Assembly (NCBI GenBank): GCA_963755915.1
Contig: CAVWLP010000002.1
Span: 320,001-384,000 of the forward strand
Direction of reading: 5' to 3'
Origin: an uncultured Phycisphaerales bacterium
GTDB taxonomy: Bacteria > Planctomycetota > Phycisphaerae > Tepidisphaerales > Tepidisphaeraceae
Length of the DNA: 64,000 nt
Under the pieces are notes generated by a model. It was not told the origin of the DNA and did no database searches. It saw nothing but the letters and a program-made list of their open reading frames with translations. Shown here piece after piece: positions 1 through 12,793 of the stretch (the first letter of the stretch is position 1; each line of letters opens with the position of its first letter). The position numbers and the translations under genes were made by a program.

Positions 1-499
1 CACCGTTCCCGGCTGGACGCGCGTGCAGGCGGTTTGCGATTGGGTGCACAACCATGTGCAGTTTGGATATCAGTTCGCCCGGGTCAACAAGACGGCGTTT
101 GATGTGTACAAGGAGCGACAGGGCGTCTGTCGCGATTTTTCCCACCTCCTGATCGCGCTTCTGCGCTGCCTGAACATTCCCGCCCGGTATGCAACGGGAT
201 ACCTGGGCGACATCGGCGTGCCGATCAATCCCGACCCCATGGATTTCAGCGCCTGGACCGAAGTTTTCCTCGATGGCCGCTGGTACACCTTCGACGCCCG
301 GCACAATATGCCGCGCGTCGGACGCGTCGTCATGGCCCGCGGCCGCGACGCCGTCGACGTGGCCATCACGACTTCATTTGGGCCGACGCAACTCAGCAGA
401 TTCAATGTCATCACCGATGAGATTCCCATGGATGAAGATCACGTTCCTCATCCGATGACCGCTTCGGTGCCGCAGCAGGCGGTGCAGATCACCACCTGA
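1..499 (+). CDS. Transglutaminase-like family protein, 5' end outside window
   Basis: GVCRDFSHL catalytic Cys motif, ARYATGY, DFSAWTEVFLDGRWYTFD; reading frame is open upstream of the listed start. Confidence 0.85.
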   Translation, partial: TVPGWTRVQAVCDWVHNHVQFGYQFARVNKTAFDVYKERQGVCRDFSHLLIALLRCLNIPARYATGYLGDIGVPINPDPMDFSAWTEVFLDGRWYTFDARHNMPRVGRVVMARGRDAVDVAITTSFGPTQLSRFNVITDEIPMDEDHVPHPMTASVPQQAVQITT

Positions 500-512
500 T
501 ATACCCGCAAAT

Positions 513-1183
513 TTATCGCACGCTGATCTGCGGCAAGTGCTCCGGCACGCTATCAATCACCCCGCGTTCCTTCAGCAACTGTGCCATCTCCCCAATATGC
601 GAATTCAGATACGGAATCAGCGCCGGGTTGCTATGCGAATCATGCCCGTTGCGCAGCATCTCCCGCGCCGCCTCGTCCGGATCCCCATGCTCCACCAGCA
701 CCCGGTAGAAAAAGACCGCCCCGTTTGTCCGCTGCGCCCCGCTTGAGCAGTGAACCAGCACCACCCGCCCGGCCCTGCGCCCTCCACCATCTGCTGCACC
801 GCGTTGGCATATTCGTGAATATCCCCCGTCCCGTCCCCCAGCAGCGGATCGACAAACCGCTCGATCCCCATGTCCTTAGCAGCCTGCAATTCCGCCTGCA
901 CGTCGGGATCGGTCGGATCATCCGAAACCAGGGCCACGATCGTGTTGATGTGATTGTCCCCCAACACCCCGCGGATCAGATGCCGATCGATCTGTCCGCT
1001 GGCATACACCTGCCCCGCATCCACTACCCTGAACTTTCGCGGAACAAACCGGTCCTTCCACCGCCCAGCATTGGCGCTGACGTACCACCCCGCCAATCCA
1101 AGCAGTACCAGTGCCACTCCCCATTTCCACCACGCAATCCGCGCCCGCGGCTTGGTATGGGATATTTGCGCATCCTGCGACAT
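513..1183 (-). CDS. Membrane-anchored tyrosine/dual-specificity phosphatase-like protein, one frameshift near 770
   Basis: N-terminal TM segment and PRKFRVVDAGQVYASGQ in ORF 617..1300; P-loop HCSSGAQRT in ORF 513..764. Confidence 0.75.
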
Positions 1184-1212
1184 CAAACTGCCTGCGATCC
1201 TATCACTTTTGC

Positions 1213-4200
1213 TTACGCGCCGCCCGCAACCCTTCCCCTGAATCTCCGCCAAATCCTCCACGCCAGCCACCCCAACGCGGCCCACGGCAGGATCAGGCAA
1301 AGGCCAATCGTCACCAATTCCAAACTGTACGCCAGCCCATGCACGCTAGCGCTGATCCCATTTTTCAAACCCTGCCAGAGCCCGGCATCCGGGCCAACGA
1401 TTCCGCTGCCGGCAGCCAGCGTGACATCCAGCTTCGCCTGGGCGAAATCAGCCGCGGGCACGCTTAAATCTTCGGTGCTCTCGACCGTTTGCACGGTGCC
1501 GCTGTCGCGAACCTGGTTTACATAGTCCGCCCCCTTGCTCAGCGGAACGACGACCACGAGATGCCCCTCATATTTGTCGTTCTTCACCAGGTGCTGCTCG
1601 ACGACGCGTCCCCCCGCCGCCAGGGCGGCCGCCTGCAAATCGCCCAAGGCACTCTCCGGGTCGGAAACCTGCACGTTCATGGTCGTCGTCTGCCGGGCGG
1701 GCAAATCGTTCAAATCCTGGATCGTCAATCGCAGCTCCGATTTTTCATCGGTCGTCGCGTTCATATCCGCCGAGCGGGCGACGCTTTTTGAAATCGTTCC
1801 GCCGCCGGAATCCTGGATTGCCGACTCGACTTTCTCCTTCGCCGCGGCCGTAACGACCAGGTCGAGCTGACCCGATGGGCTCGAAGGATTCGACTGATCG
1901 AGATTGGCCGCGGCGATTTTCGCGCCGGCCTGCTGCGCGACTGCCAGAATCCGCCCGTATGCGCCGCTCACATCGGCAACCGCGATCGTCCGCGCCGTCA
2001 CTTCCCGCGGCTGAAGCGCATCGGCACTGGCCAGCGTCAGGCAATACCCCACCTTGCTGTCGAGCGTGTGCTCCGTATCCGTCGACCGGCTGCTGGAGCG
2101 CGAAATCACCCGCCCATTGGTCCCCACCGCATCCACGATCGCCTGCTCGATTTCGCCCTGATGCTCCCGCCCCACATCAAACGCAAGCGTCGCCGAATCG
2201 GAACCCCCACTTTGCTCCTGGAGCTGGGCCGTCGTCACATTCCCCCCGTCCTTGCGCACGATCGCGAGCATCGCCTGATACGCCTTAGCCACCGATTGCC
2301 CCGGCATCAGCGTGATCTGCGCCGACTCCCGCGGCGCCACCGCCGCCGCCGATGCCAGCGTCAGGTCAAACGCCTGCTTGGCATCGGTGACATTTTCCGC
2401 GTCCGGATTCTCCGTCACCGTAAGCTGCATGACTTCACCCAGCTCCCTGATCTGCGCCAGCAGCGCCCCCGCCTTTTCGCGCGGAACGTCGAAATTCAGG
2501 GACGCATCCGCCTGCTCGGGCTTGATCCGGTTCAGGCTCGAATTCACCACCCGACCCCCCGCATCCGTCACGGCCGAAAGAATCGCGTGATACGCCGTCT
2601 CCACGTCCGGGCAAGCCATCGAAACGCTGCTCGTCTGCCGCGCCGCGACATTCGCCAGGTTGTAAATCGAAATCACCAGTTGCGTATCCAGCCGCTCGAC
2701 TTTCAGCCCCGGCACGGCTGTCGTTCCCTGAGGCAAAGTCTGCTGCCGATTGATATTCATCCGCGCCACTCGCCCCAATCCTCTGAGCTGATCGATGATC
2801 GGCCCCGCCGCATCCGGCGAAACATCCGCCATGATCGTCGCCTGAAATTGCCCGGCATCCAGCTTCTTCAATTCCGCCTGGATAATCCGCGCCTTTACCC
2901 CGTCCAGCGCGGCCATCGCCTGGTCGCGGGCTTTCTCCACATCCGCCGTCTCAATCCCCATGTCCACAACTTCCTGCTCGCTGGCCAGCGCCGCTTGGCG
3001 AAAATCGCGCTCCATCAGCGAAATCTGCAGCGTCGAGAGCGAAACCAGGTTGTTGTCATAGTTGATCTGCCCGGTCACCTGCTCAACTTTTTCCCGCCAG
3101 ACGCCGACCTGGTCTTCCGCGGCCAGCAGTTCCCTCACCGTCCCCTTGCTCGTCTTGATGATCTCCAGCAGCCGGTCCTCCATCGCCTGCGCGGCCCGAA
3201 GCTCGCTCTGAAGATCGGTGTACTGCCGTGCGATGTCTTCCGAGGTAATCTGTTGCGCCTTCAGATCTCCCAGCGCGAAGCTTCAAAACCAGAGTATCCA
3301 GATGCTCGGGCGGCACGCGAACGGTGACGGCGCCGCTCATCTTCCCGTTATCCAGCTTGTTCGAATCCGTGTCGGAAACAAACCCACCCTCCTCGGCGGC
3401 AATCTTGCTGATCTGCACGAAGGCTGAGTCGAAGCTGTCCACTTCGAAGGACATCACGCCATTGCGGATAATTTTTCGCCCGGATTCCGGTTGCCCGGTT
3501 TGATCGGCTTGGGGACTCTCGCTCCGTGACGACTCACCCCCAGCACGACCACCGGCGCCACCCCCCCACCGAATCCGCCGCCGCCAAAACGGCGTGCCTC
3601 GCCGGGCGCAGGCGGCGTTGTCTGGCCCGCGCTTGCCGACGACACCGCGGCCTCCGATTGCAGGTTCTCCACCGATTTTGCCGCATCCACACTCGCAGGC
3701 TCGTAGCTTTCCGCCTCGCCCGGTGCCGGGGCTTTTAGCTCGCTGTCATACGTATATGCCGCCGTCGGCGCCGGCTTGTTTGCGGCAGAGAGTTCATCCT
3801 TTGCACCGTCCTCGGAAAGCGCCTTTTGTGAAATGGTCGAACTCGAAGAGTTACCTGGATAGCCAGACCTGTCGTCCTGGGCACTTTGCTCTTGCGCCTG
3901 CTGTGCCGCGATATCCGCTGCCACCGCAAACGTCGGCTCTAGCCCTTTCCCCATCCGATATCCGCCGCCCAATTCTTTTGTGTCTGGATTCGGGTTTGCG
4001 TAAGAATAGCTCAGCGGCGTTGCCACGGGCTGCGTTGCCGCAAGAGGACCCAAGTTCGGCGTGAGAGTCGCCTGCCCCATCTGCCGCAGGTTGCTCAGAT
4101 CATTCGCTACATACTCTCCCGCCCCCACCCCCTGCTCACGTCTCCCCTGCATCGCCTGCACCGTCCAATACCCCAGCCCCCCCACCAACACAATCGCCGC

Positions 4201-4542
4201 CGCCGCGGTCGCGGCTCGCACGATCACGGGGCGCAGCCGGATCGGCCGCAGCCGGATGGGATTCATCAGCCCCGCCATTTTCCATCCCGATCTCCGCAGC
4301 CGCTGAATCACCCGATCTTCAAACCCCGGGCTCGGCGCGATTTCCGCAAACAAATCGCGCAGCGAATCATCCTCCCCCTTCGCCCACGCCAGCTTTCCGG
4401 CGCATTCCGCGCACCCGGCTGCGTGCGATTCAAACTCGCGGCGCTCTTCCCCGCTCATCCCATCCGTGAGATACGTCGCTATCCGCTCGGCAAACCAGTC
4501 GTGTTGTGATGTTTCAGATGTCATGATTCGATTCTCATTCAA
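1213..4542 (-). CDS. Zinc-finger (zf-HC2) anti-sigma factor fused to DUF4349-like domain and tandem ~100-aa repeats; split by frameshifts
   Basis: HAAGCAEC motif plus TM in 3454..4542; DUF4349-like GGFVSD...VTVRVP in 3083..3457; repeats and C-terminal TM in 1213..3183; directly downstream of an ECF sigma gene. Confidence 0.75.
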
Positions 4543-5098
4543 TGTTCAGCCGTTTCATTTCCGCCCGCAGCATCGCCATTCCGCGGCCCAGCAGGCCGCG
4601 CAGCGAGCCGTTGCTGATGGCCAGCTCCTTGCTTATCGCTTCGTAATCCGCCCCGGCAAGATACCGCATCGTCAGCGGCAATCGATATTCCCTCGGCATG
4701 GACCTCAGCAGCGAAAGCACCGCTTCCCGCCTCTCGCGCGAGGCAGCCGATTCGCGCGGATCGGGCCGAGAATCGGCGACCGCCGCTATCGCCGCATCCC
4801 CATTGCTCTGTTTCACCCGCGCTTCCCGCCGAACGCTTTGCAGCAGCGCGCTATGCCCGATCGAAAAAAGCCACCCGCGAAAGGCCTTCGGATCGCTCAG
4901 CGACCCGATCGACCTCCATGCCAGCAGATACGCTTCCTGGGCAATATCCTCCGCCCGGTGCGAGTCCCCCGTCTCCAGATAAATCTTCGCAAAAAGCCCC
5001 CGGCTCGTTCGGCGCACCAGCTCCTCAAACGCCTCCCGGTCTCCCCTCTTGCTGCACCGCGCCAGCTCCTCGTCTGCCTCGATCAGCGGTCCCATCAC
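4535..5098 (-). CDS. ECF RNA polymerase sigma factor
   Basis: GDREAFEELV, AEDIAQEAYLLAW, FRGWL and region-4 HTH; AGGAGG upstream of GTG/ATG. Confidence 0.9.
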   Translation of the reverse strand: MMGPLIEADEELARCSKRGDREAFEELVRRTSRGLFAKIYLETGDSHRAEDIAQEAYLLAWRSIGSLSDPKAFRGWLFSIGHSALLQSVRREARVKQSNGDAAIAAVADSRPDPRESAASRERREAVLSLLRSMPREYRLPLTMRYLAGADYEAISKELAISNGSLRGLLGRGMAMLRAEMKRLNIE

Positions 5099-5194
5099 CC
5101 TCCTTAGATGCACGAGAGGGGAATTCAGCGCGCAAAATCGCCATTTTTTCAGGAAGGGGCTGAAAATGCGGGAAATACGGCCTCTGGCAGGCGT

Positions 5195-7461
<2,267 letters not shown>

Positions 7462-7973
7462 TTACAGCGGATGGGGGGCCGTCCGGGGCGGTGTTCGTTC
7501 AGTCAATTTTCATCATTCGCGATGGGATGATATGGCGCAGGTGTTTGGGGCAAATATGCCGCGCGGTCTTTCGCGCAGGGCCGCCGCATACGGACCTCGG
7601 GGCATGATTTAATTTTGCGTGCGGTGATTTTTTTGGTTCGGGGGACTTCGAGACAAAATTGGACACTCCGCAATAAACTGGGGTGGATGGGTAAATTGGG
7701 TAAGGGGGAATGGGGCTTTGGACATTTTTTGACCACATAAGAGTCGAAATAATGCCGCGGTTTCTCTTCGCCCGCTTGGAAGTCTTTTCTACTTTTTGTT
7801 TCCGTCAGGTGGCTTCTGGCAGCCAGACATCCACTTTGGCCGTTTGAATGTTGTCACGGGGCGCGCCAAAACCAGCCAGGGCGGGGCGCTTCAAAACCGG
7901 CCAATGTGCTGACGTATTCTATACCGCATCCGTTCTATCCGACGCAACTGTTCCTTGAGTTATTGGTCCCCGT

Positions 7974-8864
7974 TCACGCCGTCTGGCCGGCGGATACCCC
8001 CACATCAGAAGACAACGGCGGCTCTGTCACGGTGTCTTCCGGGGGGGAGCACCCTTCATCGCCGGCGGTACTCCGCCGTCCTTTTGGATTTGTCTTTTCC
8101 GGTGTCCCGGATTGGCCTGCCGTGAGCGAAGTCGAATGGCCCCCATGCCGAAGGCGGTAGCTCTTGCCGGTGATGTTGATGATCGTGGCGTGCTGCAGGA
8201 ACCGATCCAGAATGGCCGTGGCCGCCGGCACGTCGCCGATCAGCTTGGCCCAGTCCTCCAGTGGACGGTTGCTGGTCATCATCGTCGAGCGGTTCTCGTG
8301 CCGGCGCATGACGATCTCCAGCAGGCATTCGCCGCTGCGCCGCGGAAGCTGCTTCATTCCCATGTCGTCGATGATAAGCAGATCAGGCTTGAGATACCGG
8401 GCCAGCGTCTTGTCCTGGGCTCCCAGATCCTCGTCGCCTAAAAAGTCGCGGGCCAGGTCGAAGATGGATCGGTACAGGACCACCAAGCCGCTCTTGATCG
8501 CCTGGTGTCCGATGGCCTGGGCCAAAAACGATTTGCCCACGCCGGGCGGACCCAGCAAGAGCACGTCACGTTTGTCACGAATGAACTGGCCGGCGGCCAG
8601 ATCGTGAATCTGTTTGCGTTTGATGGAGGTGTTGAAGGAGAAGTCGAACTCGTCGAGGTTTTTGGTGTCGCGGAACATCGCCGCCTTGACGCGCCGGCCG
8701 ATCTGCCGGCTGGATCGGACGTTCAGTTCATCCTGAAGGATCAGTTCCAAAAACTCACTGTGGTCGAGCCGATTGCCGGCCGCCTCGCTCAGGCGAACTT
8801 CAAGGCTGCTCGCCAGACCTGAAAGCCGAAGTTGCTTGAGCGTCTGCATCAACGAAGGTCTCAT
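7974..8864 (-). CDS. istB: IS21 helper AAA+ ATPase
   Basis: GPPGVGKS Walker A, LLIIDDMG, TSNRPLEDW, AILDRFL. Confidence 0.95.
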   Translation of the reverse strand: MRPSLMQTLKQLRLSGLASSLEVRLSEAAGNRLDHSEFLELILQDELNVRSSRQIGRRVKAAMFRDTKNLDEFDFSFNTSIKRKQIHDLAAGQFIRDKRDVLLLGPPGVGKSFLAQAIGHQAIKSGLVVLYRSIFDLARDFLGDEDLGAQDKTLARYLKPDLLIIDDMGMKQLPRRSGECLLEIVMRRHENRSTMMTSNRPLEDWAKLIGDVPAATAILDRFLQHATIINITGKSYRLRHGGHSTSLTAGQSGTPEKTNPKGRRSTAGDEGCSPPEDTVTEPPLSSDVGVSAGQTA

Positions 8865-10565
8865 GGGGTGGACTCCCTTCGGCTCTGCTCAGGGCAGGCC
8901 TGTAAAGGTTGTGCGGCAGGCAAAGCCTCCGCTTGGGTGATTGCGTCGCGTACGAACTGTCCGTAATCGGCCAGTCCGCGGATGATTGGATGTTCCTGAA
9001 CAAACTCGAAGTGTTGTTGAACCGGCGCACCGTTTTGGTGTTCGATGAGCTGCCGCAGGGAGCGCAGGTGATACGCGCCATGCCCCAGAGCAATCTCGCA
9101 GGCTCGTTCCACGGCCGGTCGCGGCTGCTGATTGGCCAGCGACAGCAGCCCCATCAACACGCGCACGCCTTCGATGCCGCGATGCTGAAGCATTGACTGC
9201 GCCCACTGCGTGGCGTGCGGCCCGATGCATTCGATCCGCTGGAGAAGCCAGGTCGTTCCACGCTCGATGCCGCTGATCTTCTCCGGCAGGATATGGGCGT
9301 CTTGCGTCGAGAACCTGCCCGGCGGACGCTGCGCGTGCAGAGCGATCGCACGCATCTTCTGATCGAACAGCCGGACCGTGCGCCGTCCCACCGCGCCCAG
9401 ACCCGCTGGCCCAAAAACTCCGGCGGGACCGAATAGTACGCCCCCTTGATCTCCACGTGCCCGTCGCGGTGAACACTGCGCAACGCCTCGGTGAAAAGAT
9501 CGAATCGCACCGGCGGCAGAGCCAACAGTGCCGGCTTCTCTACCTGCTCGAAGACTTCCTTCACCTGCCGCCGCGTCGTGCCGTGGATGCGCGTGTCGGC
9601 CACGCTCTTCTCCCACGTCAGCAGATGCGCGTTCTGATCCGAGAGCGAGGCGAATTGCCGGCCTTTGAGAGCATTGCTCTTCACATAGCCGATGCCCCGC
9701 TCGATCTTCCCCTTGTGCCGCGGCGTGTACGGCTTGGTGGGCAGAATGGCGATTCCATAATGTTCGGCGAACGACCGGACCTTGGGACACAACTCCGCCT
9801 CGAACCAGTCCGCCCGCGTCACCGCCGCGCGAAGATTGTCGATCACCAGCGCTGACGGCATCCCGCCGAAGTGCGTAAAGGCATTTTCCAGACAACGCAG
9901 AAAATCATCGGTCGTCTGCCGCTCCACCGCCTCGGCGTACCCCTTGCGGCTGTGGCTCAGCACAATGCGGAAGACCCAGGTTGCTTTGCGTTTGCCGTCA
10001 GGACCGACCAGGGCGCACCCCGGCCGAAGTCCACCTGCACTCGGCTCCCGGCTCGCATTCCATCCGGCGAAAGGGCGCCGGCGCGGCAGCCGAGAGCTTC
10101 TTGATGAACCGGCGCACGCTGTAATAGCTGCCGGCATAGCCGTGATCGCTGGAGATGTCTTGATAAATCCGCTGGGCCGTCAGCCCGGCTTCCAACTTCT
10201 GAACAATGACCTCACGCCAGGGCGATGCCGTACTGACCGACCCGATGGGCGCACCGGATAACCCGGTGGGCGCGCTCTCCGAGCCGCCTGCGGCGAGCAC
10301 CGTCGAGCCGCCTGCGGCGAGCACCGTCGAGCCGCCTGCGGCGAGCACCGTCGAGCCGCCTGCGGCGAGCACCGTCGAGCCGAGGGGCGCGCTGGCCGGT
10401 TTTGAATCCGATCCGGGCACCGCAGGATCGCCGCCCGACAACCGGATGTGGCGTCCAACGGTCTCCCGGTGAACGCCGAGTTGGCGGGCGATGTTCCGAT
10501 TGGACCAGCCGCTGCGCAAGTGCCAAAATTGCTTGTACTTCCGCCATCTTGAGTTGATTGGCCAT
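8861..10565 (-). CDS. istA: IS21 DDE transposase, several frameshifts
   Basis: N-terminal HTH (WSNRNIARQLGVHRETV), LSHSRKGY, VIDNLRAAV, PRHKGKIER spread over overlapping ORFs. Confidence 0.9.
10281..10382. repeat. 24-bp tandem repeat, four copies plus 6 bp, inside istA
   Basis: gagccgcctgcggcgagcaccgtc repeated exactly; encodes (GSTVLAAG)4 on the minus strand. Confidence 0.95.
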
Positions 10566-10681
10566 CCCACCATTGGCTTGCGGCAACCGCCGAAAGCCAA
10601 GGTCGATAACCCAATCTCCTGTGCCTCAAAATGGCCGGTTTTGGCGCGCCCTCAATTGGCCGGTTTTGCGCCCCCATGACA

Positions 10682-11095
10682 GCCAGCCCCCACGCCTTGC
10701 TCTGGTCCGGCACGGCAGACAGTGCCGTAGATCTCAACCCCAGCGGGTTTGACGACTCAGTTGCCGCTTACACCAATGGCACACTGCAAGCCGGTTACGG
10801 TTATACCGATGGTCAAACGCACGCGCTACTCTGGTCCGGCACGGCCGCGTCAGCGCTCGATCTTCAGGGGCTGCTTCCCTTGGGCGTCCCGCCTTACGAC
10901 TGGCTCGGGTCCTTCGCCAACACGATTGACGCCGAGGGCAATATTTTCGGTTACGCCGACGGAACGTACAACGGGACCAGCGGTTTCTTCGCGGTCGAGT
11001 GGTCGCCGGTGCCGGAGCCTGCTTCGCTAAGCATCTTGACGGTGGGAGCGGTAGGTTTGATGGTCCGTCGCCGGCGCATGGGGGCTGCATTTTAA
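10682..11095 (+). pseudogene. 3' part of a PEP-CTERM protein with HALLWSGT repeats, truncated by IS21
   Basis: Two HALLWSGTA repeats and PVPEPASLSILTVGAVGLMVRRRR; begins abruptly at the IS end with no signal peptide. Confidence 0.8.
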
Positions 11096-11102
11096 CTGGG
11101 GA

Positions 11103-12293
11103 TCATCGCACGGCCTGGTATCCACCGCGGACGCCGTGTTTTGAGAGGACGATTTGCCAAAGCTGATATTTGCGCGATCGGAAGGCCCCGGCGCAGCTGA
11201 GCAGGTAATATTTCCACATTCGATAAAAACGTGAGCCGTATTGTTTTTCGATGGCGGGCCAGCCGCGCTCGAAATTGGCGAACCAGGCCATGAGGGTAGG
11301 ATCGTAATCGCTGCCGAAATTGTGGAGGTCTTCAATGACAAACAAGCCGTCGATGGCGGCGCCGATTTGTTTCAGGGAAGGGGGAACCAGGCCTGGGAAA
11401 ATGTGCTTGACGATCCAGAGGACTTCGGAGTCCTGGGTATTGGGAAGACTGTTGCGGGCGCTGATGAAGTGCAGCAGGCACAGGCCGTCATCGCGCAGGC
11501 AGCGATGGGCCGTTTGCATGAACTGACGATGGTTCTTGGGTCCCACGTGCTCCATACATCCCAGAGACACGACGTGGTCAAAGGGCTCGCTCAGGTCGCG
11601 ATAGTCCTGGAGGCGCACGTCGACCGGGAGTCCGCGGCAGCTTTCGGTCGCAAACTTCACCTGTTCGCTGGAAATGTTAATCGCTACGACGCTTGCGCCA
11701 TGGCGCTCGGCGGCATATTTGGCGAAGCCTCCCCAGCCACAGCCGATGTCCAGCACGCGCTGGCCCTGGCGCAGTCCGATCTTCCGGCAGGCCAACTCGA
11801 CCTTGGCCCCCTGGGCGTCATCCAGCGCGTGGGCGTTCTTCCAATACGCGCAGGTGTACAACATGCGGGGGTCGAGCATGATCTGAAAGAGGTCATTGCC
11901 CAGGTTGTAATGGGCCTCGGCGTTGCGCCGCGATCGGCCTGGGCGTTGAAAATTCCACAGTTTTTGGAGCAGAAATGAGGTTGCAGCGTGCACATCGAAA
12001 GGCAAGCGGCTTGCCAATCCGCTTTGCAGCGCGTGATCGAAGAACTGGTCAATCGCGCCGCAGTCCCACCACCCATCGACGTAGGCATCTCCGAGGGCCA
12101 GCAGGCCGCCCAACATCAGGCGGCGATAGAGCCGCGGATCGTTGACGCGAATATCCCAGGGCCGGTCGCCCCCAACGCGAATGTCGGCAGTAGCCAGCAG
12201 ATCGTTTACGCGACGGGCCAATCGGGGCGCCGATGTGGCAGGCAAGGCGTCGCATGGGGTGGGAATTTTGCTTAGGGCCGCGTCTTTTTGCAT
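11103..12293 (-). CDS. cfa: Cyclopropane-fatty-acyl-phospholipid synthase
   Basis: HYNLGNDLF, YTCAYW, VLDIGCGWGG, RMWKYYLLSCAGAF. Confidence 0.93.
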   Translation of the reverse strand: MQKDAALSKIPTPCDALPATSAPRLARRVNDLLATADIRVGGDRPWDIRVNDPRLYRRLMLGGLLALGDAYVDGWWDCGAIDQFFDHALQSGLASRLPFDVHAATSFLLQKLWNFQRPGRSRRNAEAHYNLGNDLFQIMLDPRMLYTCAYWKNAHALDDAQGAKVELACRKIGLRQGQRVLDIGCGWGGFAKYAAERHGASVVAINISSEQVKFATESCRGLPVDVRLQDYRDLSEPFDHVVSLGCMEHVGPKNHRQFMQTAHRCLRDDGLCLLHFISARNSLPNTQDSEVLWIVKHIFPGLVPPSLKQIGAAIDGLFVIEDLHNFGSDYDPTLMAWFANFERGWPAIEKQYGSRFYRMWKYYLLSCAGAFRSRKYQLWQIVLSKHGVRGGYQAVR

Positions 12294-12520
12294 TGGAATC
12301 CATCCGATTCAGATTTACCCGGGATGTGAGATCCGGATCTCCGCCGAGAACGTCGGCGACATTATTTCTAGGATACCCAGGGTTTGGAGTTTGTCGAAAT
12401 GTTTTTCTTGGCTCACGGCAGGCGGGGACGCGATCTCGGTTTGGGCAGGTCTGCGTGGCGAGAGCAGCCAGTTTGCGTGCCGGCGCAACTGCGCAAGTCA
12501 CAAATAGAGGATAGATCGCG

Positions 12521-12793
12521 GTAGAGTAGAGAACTGAACGACCCGATTGCCGCTCAGCTCTCCCTCTTCGAACCGGACGAGCGGGTTTCCCGCATCCGGC
12601 TCTCACGGTATTGTTCTTCTCAAGCATTCACGGTCGGAACAGGTCGCAGGCTGATGAGGCCCAGACGCTGCAACTGTTCGTACCAGCTCCTCGCTCCGCG
12701 CACACGGAACGGACGCTGGCTGCGACGTTTAAGGTGTCGTTCCAGTCGCTCCTGCACAAATCGGTTGATCTGACGGAACGCCTTGCGCGGATA
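12521..12793 (-). mobile_element. 5'-truncated group II intron copy (end of IEP plus domains V-VI)
   Basis: 12518..12793 appears identical to 24903..25178 (276 bp, including 3 nt of 3' flank). Confidence 0.92.

Larger units (their letters stand above)
7852..10681 (-). mobile_element. IS21 family insertion sequence
   Basis: Ends TGTCAcgggg... and ...cccccaTGACA with repeated subterminal caaaaccggcca motifs; carries istA-istB; no target duplication seen. Confidence 0.9.

Noticed and set aside
10281-10382. Possible CRISPR array
   Set aside because: The repeats are contiguous with no spacers, lie in a coding frame, and no cas genes are present.
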